This document shows positions 11,851 to 24,489 of a DNA stretch of 64,000 bases, in pieces (positions within the stretch are counted from its first letter, which is position 1; the number at the start of each line of letters is the position of its first letter). This DNA comes from Camelus dromedarius (Eukaryota), in assembly GCF_036321535.1 (NCBI RefSeq), contig NC_087437.1:96784001-96848000 (forward strand), written 5' to 3'. Below the pieces are notes generated by a model, which searched no databases, had not been told where the DNA came from, and was given only the letters and a program-made list of their open reading frames with translations. The translations under genes were made by a program, and so were the position numbers.

Positions 11851-14800
11851 TTCCATATTCTCAGCCCAAAGATCCCAAATGTTCATTTATGCTTTGTTAA
11901 AAATGAGACTATACTGATAATTCCTACAAATGGTCTAGGCATTGCAGAAAATTTAGCTAGTGAAGTGATACTTTGTAATCTTTTGATTACTTCCAAATTG
12001 AAAGTATTTTCTCTATGCCAATAGGACACTATTTAACATTTTACTCATGCATGTATTTTTAAACCAAGCAATTGATAAATGCCACAAAACCTGTAAGATA
12101 GGATATTCTAAAAATTTATATACAGTGATATATAGTCATCACATTTTAAAGGAAGTATTCTCTGATTTGGAACCTTTAAAATCTATAAAATTGTTGTTTT
12201 ATAACTTGTTTTAAAGATAGTTTAATATGGTTTTTTTCCTATTTTTGATCTCGTGTCATACGCTGGTCACTTGCTAGACATGGCGATGAGGCAGCAATTT
12301 ATGTTGACTATGAATGAGATGGTCATTATGTTCAGTAATCTTTCTCAAAACAAAATTTCTAGAACACAATACATTGAAAGCTTTTAAACAGATGAACTGT
12401 AATCGTAGATAAGCATTAAAGCCAAGTTTTATGCTACTGAATGTTAAACTCCTGAAAACAGTGATCCATATGGAAATACTGGGAGCATCTGAACTATTTT
12501 AATATAGACAATATTTCTGTAATAAAATATTTTTAGGAGAGGATTGTGTCTTTATGATAGAGACACATATAATGATAGCTGATGCCTGGAAGGTATTAGA
12601 CTGTGGTTATAATAATCACTATAACTGTAACAGTTCCTGCTAGCTCAACTGCACATCTATTCTTCATTTGCCCTTAAACTGATTTGTTCTACATATGAAT
12701 ATATAACCCTCATCAATTTAAAGTGCCATCTCTTGGTTGTGTGGGTCATTAAAATAAATACATAATGTATGAGTTCAAAATCCAAACTTAGAGGGGGAAA
12801 GGTTTTTTGGCCAAGTGTGAAATCATTGCTGCAAAGCTGACTTCTGAAATTTAATCAAAATCAAGCCATGGTTACAAATGACTATCAATCAATTCCAGTG
12901 CTACTCAAATATTTTGTTTTCATCAGTGGTGTTTCATTGACAATTTTGACTCCAATATTCTTCATTAAAACAGTTGACAATAGCAAATAACATACATAAT
13001 TCTATGAAGTTAAATTTTCTGTAGGGCATTGCTTTTCCAAAAGACAATCAAACCCTGAAAATGTGCTGAAGTCATTGGAACAAGTTCATTTAAGGAACAC
13101 AACTCAGTATCTGGGATGACAGGAAGAATAATAATTTTGCTGTGATAGAAAATCACAAACAATGAGTTAAGTGGAACTATTTCCCATTTTAGATTAATAC
13201 TTTAGGGAGGCTATACAGTACATGGAATATGAGGAAGTTAATGAGAAGTGGGGAAGAATTATAACTTCGTGATTATGTTAATACTGTAACATTCTTGACT
13301 ACTTAACATTTTCTATTTTAATAAATATTATGTTACATTTCACTTCCTATCCACTTTCTTACACGTGGTTTCAGTTGTAGAGGTTTGAAAAAGAATATAC
13401 TAATTCTAACAAAATACGTGTGTTCTGAAACACAAAATACATTTGTCCAGGATCATTCAATTCAGCCTTGAATACTGAGAGTAACAGATTTTTCAGGGAG
13501 GTGGATTCATTACCTTTATCTAAGTGCCTTGTTTCTGAGAGATGAGATTCAGAACTTGGCTGACTTGGAAGGTTGATTCATGAATATGCTTAGGTTTCAA
13601 TTTAATGTTGAAAGTGAAATGTGAGAGGTTAATTTTTCTGTATACATATAAGTACTGATTTTATTGAAAGTTTAGCAATTTTTGTTTGGGTAGTTCTCTT
13701 AAACAAGAAATTTTTGAATGAAGGCTTGTTTTCTTTTGAACTGATGTTTTTCATGGGTATACGTTTGCAATAACCAGAAATAAGTTGTTCTCTTTCTGAC
13801 CAGAAGATTCTTTGTAGTTCAAGCGAAGAGGAAAAAATAGCTCTAGCATATGAAGACTGGAGGCATTGCATAATACACTGGGGATTACAGTGGCAACACA
13901 GACCCATGTCTATGTTTTCAGGGATGTGTGTGTGGGGGGTATGTTTCTAAATATATACATTGAATCATAGGAAATAGGAGCATTTTCTTTTTGTGGTAGT
14001 AGTGTTATTTGTGTTTATCTTGGGCAATTTCTCATGGTATAGATTAAATGTTTATTTTAAATCAGCATGAAGATGTTGAGCTATTTATTAAACATACTAA
14101 CTGAATGTATAAATTATTTTTCAGTCTTTTAGTTATCCTTTTTGGTAAATATTTTATATTCCTTTTCATGGCCTCTAGTAGAATCATAATTCCAAAGCAA
14201 GACTGCTACTAGACTTCATATTTTTTTGTACACGATAAATTTTTCATTTGTATTCTATGTTTAGAAGTCCTGAGTAAAGTTGAAAAAACAACCTGGTGTT
14301 GAGAGTTGTTACAACCACATAAACTACTTTAAAGCCTTTGCATGATGATTCTCAATGGGCATTTATATGTAGCTTAAAATATGTGCTTAACATCCTTGTA
14401 AATAGAGTATTAGGCTAGTAAAAAGTATTTGAAAATACGGCTGATGACACTGACAATATAATCAGTTTAAGAATAAATGTTCTAATATGTGTGCATCTGT
14501 GTGCACATGTATGTTTCATAAATCATATAAATATATAGTGGTAAAATATTCTAAAAATGTAATGCAAATATTTAAGTAAATTATGTAAGTTAATAAAAAA
14601 TCAAAAGTTTTATGTGTTTTCTTGGATGGGAAAAAGGCATATGTTTGACTTGCAGTAAATGTGTGTTGAACCAAAATCAAATGAAAACTAGTAGCTTTCA
14701 CTATTTCACTTTCTAAAGTACAATACACATTAAAATGACAATGTGGCATGTGTTTCTAAATATAAAAATGCAAATTTATTTTAGTTCTGCTTAACCATTT

Positions 14801-15004
14801 TACTGTTCTCAAAGTTTTACCTTAATGGGCTTAAACATTTAAAAAAAACCTTTGACCTATGAATAAATTAGTGAATTTTAAACATCATTTGAACTTTAAA
14901 TAAAAAAATGAAGTGGCAGCAAAACTAGAAATCTGTGAGATCTGTAAGATAATCAGAGGAAGCGTTTCTTCTCTCTGTTCCTTTACATAGTCCTTGCCCT
15001 TGGT

Positions 15005-16305
15005 TTCATCCATTCATTCCTGAAGCTCCCACTTTCTTGCCAGGTCCTGTTCTCAGTACTGGGACTAGAGCAGTGAAAAGACAGATAAAAATCCCAGGAC
15101 TCATAGAATTTACCTTCTAATGAGGGAAACACAGACGATAAGCTTGATATTAAAACAAACTATATCATGTTAAACAGTGATTCAAAAAAAAAAAATCAAG
15201 CAGGGAAGATGGATAGGAAGTGTGTGGGAACAATGGCTGTAATTTTGTGTATGGTGGTCAGTTACAACTTCACAAGCTCCATTTGAGAAAAGGTCTGAGG
15301 GACGTGGGGGAGAGCCATGCACAAAGAAAAGTGATGAGCATTTCATGCAGGAATACTCCCTGAGATGTGAGTGTGTCCGACACATTTAAAGGACAGCAAA
15401 TAGGCCAAAGTACAGAGAGTGAGAGGAAGATAAATAAGAGGTGAAGTCAGAGAGCTAAGGAGAATGGGAGGGATACCACGATAAGTGATTTTGCTTTTAC
15501 TCTGAGTGAAATCTGAAGCCACTAGAGTGTTCAGAGCAGTGCTTCATATCCCGAGTTACATTTTTTAAGGGGTAACGTTGGCTGTTACTTTGAAAGAGGC
15601 TGGGGGCAATAGTGGAAACAGAGGAAATTGTTGGGAAGCTACCATAATGACTCAAGAAAGATATGACTGTTGATTAGGCCAGATTGATAGTAGTAGATGT
15701 TCTGAGAAGTGATTGCATTCTGGATTTATTTTGAAGCAGGAAGGCAGGTATAGCTCAGTGGTAGAACATATGCTTAACTTGCATGAGGTCCTGTGTTTAA
15801 TCCCCAGTACCTCCATTAAAAAATTATTATGCTTGGATTTATTTTGAAGAGATGTGTCAAAAGGATTTGCTGACAGAACTGGTATTATTTATATGAGGAA
15901 CAGAGACTGACTCCAAGTTTTCTGGCCTAAGCACCTAAGAGAATGGAGTCCCTCCTTACTGAGATGGGGACCAGGCAGAAATCAATAGCTCAGTTTTGGA
16001 TATTTTATGTTTGACATGCCCATGGGACACGCATGTGAGGTATTAACAATTGAGAGGTGTAATTTAGGAAGAAATCTGGCCTAGAGATGTGTGAGTCATC
16101 AGAATATTGAATAGGTTTAAAGACAATAGACTAGATGAGTTCACCAAGGAGGGGAGAAGATGGAAAGACAGGAGGTCCAAGGACTCCCCTGGGACACTGT
16201 AGGAGGTAAGGAGAGACTAGCAAAAAAGACTGAGAAGGAGTGGCTGACAGAGAGGAAGAAAACTGGCAGAGGTGTCCTGGAGGTCTAGGGAAGAAAGTCT
16301 GAGTT
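15005..16305 (-). mobile_element. L2a LINE, interrupted by a SINE at 15737-15833
   Basis: Begins with the antisense L2 tail (ttcatccattcattc), then gccaggtcctgttctcagtactgggactagagcagtgaa and further L2 motifs (gagtcatcagaatat, gactagatgagttcacc). Confidence 0.85.
15737..15833 (+). mobile_element. tRNA-derived SINE, vic-1-like (camelid)
   Basis: A-box tagctcagtggtaga, B-box-like gtttaatccc, A tail; flanked by an exact 16-bp duplication tggatttattttgaag (15721-15736 and 15834-15849). Confidence 0.85.
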
Positions 16306-16469
16306 GGTAGAGTTGTTGAGACCCCCGACAGAAATTTAAAAGGATGGATTCAGGCGACAGGAGGCACTTAGTAGTTGGGGTCTAAGGCTCCTTCAGATCT
16401 TTGCTGAGGATTTTGAACAAGACTGTCTAATATGTCAAAATGCTACAGGCAAGAGTTGGAAGGCTGTTA

Positions 16470-17099
16470 TGTATTAGCTTTCCATTGCTGCTGTAAAAAA
16501 ACACCACAAACTTATTAATTTAAAAGTAACAAATATATTGTCTTATATTTCTATTGGTCGGAAGTCTGACACAGGTCTCACTGGGCTAAAATCATGGTGT
16601 TAACAGGGCTGCATCTCTTTCTGGAAGCTCCTGAGGAGGTTGTGTTCTCTTGCCTTTTGCAGTTTCCAGAGGTCACTCACATTCCTCAGCTCATGGTCCC
16701 CTATGTCAATCTTCAAAGCCAGCAATGTTGCCTCTTTCTGATCATTCTTCCATTGTGACATCTCTTCCTCTCTCTTTTGCTTTCCTCTTCCTCTTTTAAA
16801 TACCCTTGGGATTACATTGGGCCCACCTGGCTAATCTACGATAGTCTTTCTGTTGTAAAGTCAGCTGCGTAACAGAAATGTCCCAGTCATACATACCTTA
16901 TGGTGTACACTAGAGATTGACACATGGTAACTGACTATACTTCAATTAGAAAAAAATTAAGTAAGCTGATTAGCAACCTTAATTCCTTCTGCAACCTTAA
17001 TTCTCCTTTGCCATGTAAGCTAACATATTAACAAATTCTGGGGATTGGGACATGGACATTTACAGGGGTGGGGGACAGACAGTTATTCAGCCTATTGCA
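16470..17099 (-). mobile_element. MLT1B/C MaLR solo LTR containing a short L1 insertion
   Basis: Starts tgtattag..ttgctgctgtaa..accacaaactta; contains gattacattgggcccacctgg and ctgattagcaaccttaattcc; ends ttattcagcctattgca. Confidence 0.85.
16868..16956 (+). mobile_element. Very short young L1 3' tail with an inverted 5' segment
   Basis: 16898-16956 matches the L1 tail at 33768-33827; 16877-16896 is the reverse complement of the sequence just upstream in that copy; TSD-like taaagtcagctg / ttaagtaagctg. Confidence 0.8.
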
Positions 17100-17804
17100 G
17101 TGAAAAGATGCATTGCTAGTGGATAAAAAAAAATTTTTTTCTTATTAGTATCAGCACATTTATTTGTCCACTAAGCCCAATATTTCCTCCTTAGTAAACA
17201 AAGGGCCATATATATATACATATAAACTTTAAATAGATAAAAATACACATTTTACTTGACCAATTGTGGCTATACTCTTGAAATAGAATAGTAAGGTGCA
17301 TACAACAGATGAAGTATGAAATTCTAAATTTAACATATGAAAAGTTTAGGTTGTAAATGGATAATATATAAAAGTGTGCCTTTAGAAATTTAGATATGTG
17401 GAAATTACGACTCACTGTGCAGTTGTTCAGTTTGTGTTACGTGTTGAGGAAGGAGAGAAAGAGCCAAAAGCCAGTAGACTGCCTTACAGGAGATGGTAGA
17501 ATTAGAACTGGTATTGGTTTTGCAGCAGAAACAAAGTTAGGAAACATGATTAGGAACTGGTATTAGGAAAATTTTATAAGAGGTCAACACAATCCAATGA
17601 GAGATAAAATATCTATGTCAATCTTGAGTCAAAATCATAAGAACTAATGTACAGAGGCAAAGATGCGGCATCTACATTTTAGAGATGGGCTTCTTGAAGT
17701 AGGTATGTTTCTTTGTAAGGCATGACAATTTTTCATGTTCTTAACAATTGTCTTATACTTCCAATCTCTGGAAGTGCAACACAATACAAAGTCTCTTATG
17801 AGTA

Positions 17805-17976
17805 TATCTTAAAAATTCTCATCACAAGAAAAAAAAATGAAACTATGTGCAGTGATTGACATTAACTATGCTTATTGTGGTAATCATTTCCCAGTATAAA
17901 CATTTATGAAATTGTTATGTTGTATGCCTCAGACTAATGTCATATGTCAACTGTATCTCAATAAAAGTGAAAAAAT
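17805..17976 (+). mobile_element. L1MA-type 3' terminal fragment
   Basis: 'ttctcatcacaagaaaaaaa...ttattgtggtaatcatttc...tatgtcaactgtatctcaataaaa' is a classic L1MA 3' end. Confidence 0.8.
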
Positions 17977-18019
17977 ATCTTATGTTTCTTACTTCTGTGT
18001 TAAAATTCTCTGCCTTCAA

Positions 18020-18545
18020 ATAAAATGAATATTTACTAAATACTTATATTTAATGTAAAGTGCTTGGTTCTACAGTATTATAGAGAGTCTGCTCTTTAGG
18101 ATTTTACAACATCCTATGGGTGGATAGAGCATAAATACACAAAAATCTTAAGTAAAGAGCCAAATGTTGACTATTAATATATTAATAAAGTGTATATGTG
18201 ATTTCATAAGACCACAATGTAGGGTTCTTTTAAGCAAGATAACGGATAAAGAAGTTTTTTATATGCCAAGGTAAAAAGTCAGTTTAAACCTGAGTGGGGA
18301 TTCAGTAACAGAGAGTAATTATGGGTTTTTAAGAGTAAATGAGGTGATCAAACATTGTTTGGAAGAGTAGTCCAACATGGCATATAAAATAGATTATGCA
18401 AAAAAAAGATCAGAGTCATACAGGCCAATTAAGTTTTAATATTAATCGTTCAAAACTACAGTGATTTAAAGAGAACCACTGTGTTTAGAAATGGAACTCA
18501 AGAGATGGACGCAAGAGAAACTGTGAAAGAAAATCAGATGGTGTA
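18020..18545 (-). mobile_element. Highly diverged L2 fragments
   Basis: aatatttactaaatactta tail-like start; 'gggtttttaagagtaaatgaggtgatcaaa' resembles antisense L2. Confidence 0.35.
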
Positions 18546-18929
18546 AAATGAAAAACTAAGAGAATTCAATGACAATAGATATTCAAATTACAGAAGACAG
18601 AATTCAATGATAACACACAAACAACCTAAAGACAGTGAATACATGGTCACTCAATAACATAAATAGCAAAATTAAGAAATTATTTGGGGGTGGTGGTAGG
18701 AAGAGACAAAGTGGTTGTGGAGAAAGAAGATGAAATATGTTTGTTTCCTTCAAAGATTCAAAAATCATACATCATATGATAAAGTTCATAAAATAAAATA
18801 AAAGATAAAGTAAAAGGGTAAAAGTTCATGCAGTTTCATAACCCAAAGATGATCACTGTAATTTTTAATATATTTATTTCCATATTTTTCTATATTTGAA
18901 GAAATGCTTATTTAAAAATATGTTTTACT

Positions 18930-19250
18930 CTATTTATTGGCAAAGTTGAAGAGTTTTTGATGAAAAAAAGTATTCTTATGCACTGTCTATATAAAATGGT
19001 ATTTTCTTCCTGCACTGCAACTTGGCAATATGTTGCAAGAACCTAGGACTTAGTCCTAGTAATCCAATTCTAGGAATTACCATTAGAAAATAATCAGAGA
19101 AGTCAATAATTTATGTACAAGTATGTCCATTGCTATGTTGCTCATAATAGTGAAAATTTGGAAGAACATTATACATAGTTTATCATAGTTTGTACTATGT
19201 GTGGATTATCTTACAATGTTCTTAGAAATTTTGAAGAATTTAATGGGAAA
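18930..19250 (+). mobile_element. L1ME-type ORF2 3' fragment
   Basis: 'gcaacttggcaatatg...ctagtaatccaattctaggaatt...tatgtacaagtatgtccattgctatgttgctcataatagtgaaaatttggaa'. Confidence 0.6.
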
Positions 19251-20675
19251 ACTTTTTTGGGCCAAGTATCTTTTCTAGAGGGGAGGAGGAGTGGGTAACT
19301 TTTCAACATTATGGAGATGTTTGATGATGTTATTACTGTGGATGTATTAAAGTTCTGTTCACTTGAATAGAATGATAATTACTTGAGCATCTATTAAGTG
19401 CTGTTTTCTATGATACGAGAGAAACTTTTTAATAAAATACAGAATAACAGCCCAGAGTCCTGCAATGCCTGCATAAATACTGCTGCAGTCTCAGTGGTTC
19501 CTTAAGTTCAGAGCAACCTAGTCTAAGGTAAGCCTGGGTAACAAGAAGTTTTATTACAGTAAATTATTTAGGGTACAAATAATTACTCTTTCCTTTATGT
19601 GCTGCTCGACTTTGAAAATTTGAAAAATGATTCCTCTCCTTTGGTTTTTAAGTGAGATGAGTCAGGGAATAGATTACAGAAGTGTTTCTTTGAGCTGGAT
19701 TGTCCTCAACAATTATTCCAGGTAGTTATTACTGATGAGCCAGCTGCCCCCTGTGGATCTTTAGCTCAGTTCACCCTTAAAGAAACTGCCCAGATTCTCT
19801 CTTCCCTTATTACCATGTGTTGAGATTCAGTCGTTAAGATCCAAAGGTACACATCCACTTCAGCGAAGTGAATCACTTATGGATACGAGACAGAATGGGG
19901 AAAGAGAGCTTTGTGAAATGAATAGGGACGCTATTTCTGACAATACACTTCCATAAATACTTCAAATGCATTATCCTGATGACTCTTCTGAAGGAACACC
20001 AAGGCAAAGATAAAAATCTCCAAAAAGACCAAAAGCGATTTGTAGGTGACTATTGTGCCTTGCTTCTAGTGAGACTTCCTAAGGAGCTATTTACATAATT
20101 AGCTCCTAGGATCAATTTTCTCTGCATCTTCATATATCCTTAAAATGTTATTATTTTTTAATGTTAACCTCTTTACTTAAGTATCCCCATGCTCAACAAG
20201 AAGCTAAAAATTTTAATACAACCAAATGAAATTCAAAACAAGAGTATGAGAAATGCAACCACATTTGTGAATTTCATATCATTTAGTCACAGTCATACTT
20301 CTCTAAGACAAGTTTAGGACTCTGGAAAGAGGAAACTAATTTGAATCAAACTGGAAAGAACATGAAATTCTAAGATATGAGTTAAAATTAAAGTCACCAG
20401 ATTTAACTGAGATGGAAATCAATAGATAGCTGTCTCGCAACCAATTGGTAGCATTGCAGTTTTTAAGACAATCACCACCAAAGAGGAATGCAGTCATTTA
20501 AGACAGGCCTGTCTGTCCCTGTCACCATTCCACTGACCCCATCTCTGAAGGACAGTTTAATTTTTCCTTTGTCCAGAGGCGTATAGGCTTCTTCTGATCT
20601 GGCTTTCTCCCTATGAGTCTATGGAACATAATCGGCGCTCATTCAATATTTTTTTTGAATAAATGAATGAATCTA

Positions 20676-21169
20676 CTGATGGTCCTCAATTTATAATGGT
20701 TTGACTTACTTTTTTTTTTTTTTTTCACTTTACCATAGTTCAAAAGCAGTATATATTCATTAGGAACATTACTTTGAGTTTTGAACTTGATCTCTTCCCT
20801 GGCTGTTGATTTGCTGTCTAATTCTTGTGATGCCAAGCAGTGGCAGGCAGCGAGCTGCAATTCGTCACTGAGGGTAAAGAACACATCCACTTACGACCCA
20901 TTCTGTACCCTTTCAGCAATTGTGTTTTTCACTTTCAGTACAGTATTCAATATATTACATGCTACAATCAACACTTTGTTATGAAATACGTTTTGTGTTA
21001 GATGGTTTTGCCAACTCTAGGTTAACGTATGTGTTCTGAGCACATTTAAGGGAGGTTAAGCTAGGCTATGATGCTCAGTAGGTTAGGTGTATGAAATGCC
21101 TTTTCTTCCTATGATACTTGTAACGTCTGATGGGTTATTGGATGTAACCCCATCGTAAATCAAGATCTG
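20676..21169 (-). mobile_element. MER47/Tigger5-derived non-autonomous DNA transposon
   Basis: Decayed TIRs (ta-ctgatggtcctcaatttataatgg ... ccatcgtaaatcaagatctg-tg); internal aagctaggctatgatgctcagtaggttaggtgtat matches antisense MER47. Confidence 0.85.
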
Positions 21170-21719
21170 TGCTATGATCTGGTGATACAGGTTTCAGTCA
21201 CGAGATCTTTGAAACTTCAGTTAGTTCTCTTTCCTCAGTGGCTGAGTTTTATGGGATTTGATGGGCTCTGGCTCGTGTAGCACCTTCAGCATCTCCTCCC
21301 GTGCACCTGTATTCCCTTCCGTGCATCATGGGCACTTACGAGCACTTACGAGTGCGCTGTGAGTATGAAAACAGTATTCTACTTCTTAGTCAATTACAGA
21401 TACTTCTGCTTTGTTAAGTACATTTCCCCAAAATATAAGTGAGCTGATTTTAATATTTTGGTATGGTTAACATTTTGATACTGAAGATATTTTATTAAAT
21501 GTCCTGATGTTTTAGTGGAATTGACTTTAATATTTATAATTTTACTCAGATTCAAATGTAAAATTTGGGAAAATCTTTTCCAAAGTTTCAACATCCATGA
21601 TAAGCTATATAAAGTAACAGAAGGACAGATCAGAACCTGTAAGGGCTTCCAACAAGTATTTACTGAGATTTGGAAGAGGAGATGTGAACTCGACTTTTTT
21701 TTTTTAACTGCAAGTCACT

Positions 21720-21920
21720 GTATTTTGCATTTCACACATAGAGACTCATTTAATTATTTTAATACTTCTAGATATGATTTATTTCCATATTGCAGATGAA
21801 GAAATGAAGCTCTGAGAATGTAAGTGTCAGAGGGAACACAACCTTCAGGTGGTTGAGTTGGGATCCCAATTTACGGCATTTTAAGTCTATAGTTCCTCAA
21901 TATAAGTACTATGATGCCTC
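21720..21920 (-). mobile_element. MIR SINE
   Basis: 'ccatattgcagatgaagaaatgaagctctgagaatgtaagtg' MIR core; ends actatgatgcctc. Confidence 0.7.
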
Positions 21921-22775
21921 AACAGTTTGCTAATTTGTGCAAAGTGCTGGTATGTATCCATTGGGGGAATACTAAAATAAACTGATGTGGATTCTGGATT
22001 AGGTAGCTTTTAGTTTGCAAAAATGAAAATATAGGTACATAAATAACCATAATACATGGCAGAATACTAAGGGACAAAATAGTTATAGGCCTATTGTAGT
22101 TTATATGATAAAATCTTGTTTAGATGAAATTATAACTTGAAGGTCTGGTTGTCTTTGTTCAAATTCTTAAACGTTACATCCTTTGAGAAATGGAAAAAGA
22201 AGACTGAATCTAAGTGACAGCAATAAAATATTTTCCAAAGTCAAATACAATCATGACCTATAATATTCCATGTTCCCAATTTACCTGATTTTTGCTTTTT
22301 GAACAAGGTGTTGAGAAGAAATGGACCACTTCCTGGTATTACAAACTCATGTTCACTTTTTTCAGTTTATCATGCAGTCGTATTTCCTTATTCATCTTTT
22401 ACGTTTGAACTTGGAGAAGCACAGGAGGAAGGGTCAGGCTGCCAGAAACCCTTTCAGTGTGATTCAGAAGCACAACTGCTTAGTTTCAGGTTGTCGGCAC
22501 AGTAGTAGACAGGACACAGTGTTTCTGCAATTAATCTTTCTGATGTACAAATGATACTTTGCAGAACAGAACGATTACCACTAGTTACTTGCTCTTTTCA
22601 CTCATTCCTGGCCAATGAGCTGGGCCAATGAGCCAGAAGAACTCTGACTGAAAACCAAAAAAGGGGCTAAAGCTATCAACATCTTCCTTTTCTCAGTGTG
22701 GTCATTTCCTTCAGATCACTGAGTTTGGATAGATCCTATTTGATGACTAGGCACTATATATTATTACTTATAATA

Positions 22776-22778
<3 letters not shown>

Positions 22779-22838
<60 letters not shown>
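22779..22838. repeat. Compound (AT)n(AC)n microsatellite
   Basis: Directly visible: AT run 22779-22826 followed by AC run 22827-22838. Confidence 0.97.
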
Positions 22839-22839
<1 letters not shown>

Positions 22840-24189
22840 TGTATGTATCCATATGCCTTTTTAGCTATAATATACTTGTAGTTGTCTGTTTACGTACATG
22901 TGTACATTTTGAAGCAATCACAGTTAAATTAAAAACACAGAGATTGACTTTCCAAAGTAGAACATTGTGAGGGAATATTATTTGTTTTCAGAAAGGACGA
23001 TAATGGTGTTCAGAAGCTAAATGGCAGGCAGCCATTCCCTCTGAGCCACCAGCAATGATCCAGATTTTGGGTAACTCTGAGTGAGTTAAGCTTTGTCTCT
23101 GTCATAGAAGCCTCTTTATACCTGGATGGAGATAGAAACCCTGGGAGCAGCAGAAGGAACGAAGCCCTCAGACTCTGACCTTTATGCCAGAAGCAACTGT
23201 GCAACATCCAGAAACAGAAACAAATGTAAACATCCTCACTATTACTGTGTTCTTCAGGAAACAAAGCTTTATTTCACTGAGTTATCTTGACAAGTGGCAA
23301 AAACAAATTCCTGATCATGAATAGACTGAGAACATGTTACTTCTGCTCTCTGTCAGGGAAGCTGGAAAGCCTAGTCTCAGTGCCTACAAGAAGCAGTAGC
23401 AGCTCAATGCACAGCACTGTACGAAAGCTCTATGTAGAGAGTGGGGCCCTTACAAGGAGTCTTGGGTCTCTGGAAGGCTCCTGGCTCAAAAACCTGTCCA
23501 TTGAGACCTGGGGGTGGGAGAAATGATGAGGAATGACCCCAGGCTTCTGCCTTTCAAACTCTGTGAGATGTTGAGACAAATGGTATCTCCTGTTCCAAAC
23601 AGGCTGAGATGGATAAAAGAGGTCTTCACTTTGCATTCCAAAGGAAGTCTTCCTGGCCCACTATATTCTCTCCTAAAATAAGCAATCTCCATTTCAAAAT
23701 CGCATCTCCTCCTTACCCTTCTCATGCTTCAAGAACAAAGGTGAGAAGTTCTTTTTGTTTAATGCTTTGGACTTGGCCTCAGTTTTACCACTTTTGCCAA
23801 GATATACCTAAAGCTACGACTATTAGATTATTATTTCCTCCTTGTGTTCTTGAAGCAATGGGTTAGTAGAAGAGTGGATTTTTGAACTACCTGAGTGCAG
23901 GATTATGTCTCCTTCTACCTATACTTCCCAGTCTCCATTATACCTTGCACATTACGCTTTCTACAGTAGTTGATCTGCTGTAACTCCATTTTATTTGTAT
24001 TTCTATTTATTCATAGAAAAGTATTTTGGACTTTATTTCATTCTGCTTTGTAGAAAATCATGTGATTCTTCTAGTATATACATACTCAAAACCTCATCAC
24101 ATTTTAAAATAAAAATTTTGGATAATTACCCCAGCTTATAGAATTTCATAATTCTAGAAAGTCAGATATGATTCTATCTTCTTTTAGAA

Positions 24190-24300
24190 CTATTACAGCA
24201 ATATGACAATCTTGGGATTGATTTGTGCTCTATTTTTGTTTACTGAAGTATCTCAAGTGCTAAGAATAGTGTTTGGCATATAAAAAACATTCAATGATTT
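24190..24300 (+). mobile_element. L2 3' terminal fragment
   Basis: 'tttgtttactgaagtatctcaagtgctaagaatagtgtttggcatataaaaaacattcaat'. Confidence 0.6.
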
Positions 24301-24489
24301 TAAAATTACCATTGCAAATAGTTGAGGTTGTACATGGAAAAAACTGGATACTCTGATAACGGATATTCTTCACCTACTAATTTTTTTCCCATTTACTGTT
24401 TATAATTAAACTAAATTCACAAGAGGAATGATTGACGGGTCCAACACATATCCAACTGTAATACATCCTAAATCACAGACCATAGAAAG

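Noticed and set aside
13780..13925. Possible + strand exon after a pyrimidine tract and AG
   Set aside because: The translation is unrecognisable and there is no convincing downstream donor.
15741..15816. tRNA gene
   Set aside because: The cloverleaf is degenerate, and the A tail and TSD identify it as a SINE; the same applies to 27599-27723.
22698..22970. ORF with IYIYIY/THTH repeats, and VCVC ORFs near 25.7-26.0 kb
   Set aside because: Artefacts of stop-free dinucleotide microsatellites, partly joined to L1 ORF2 remnants.
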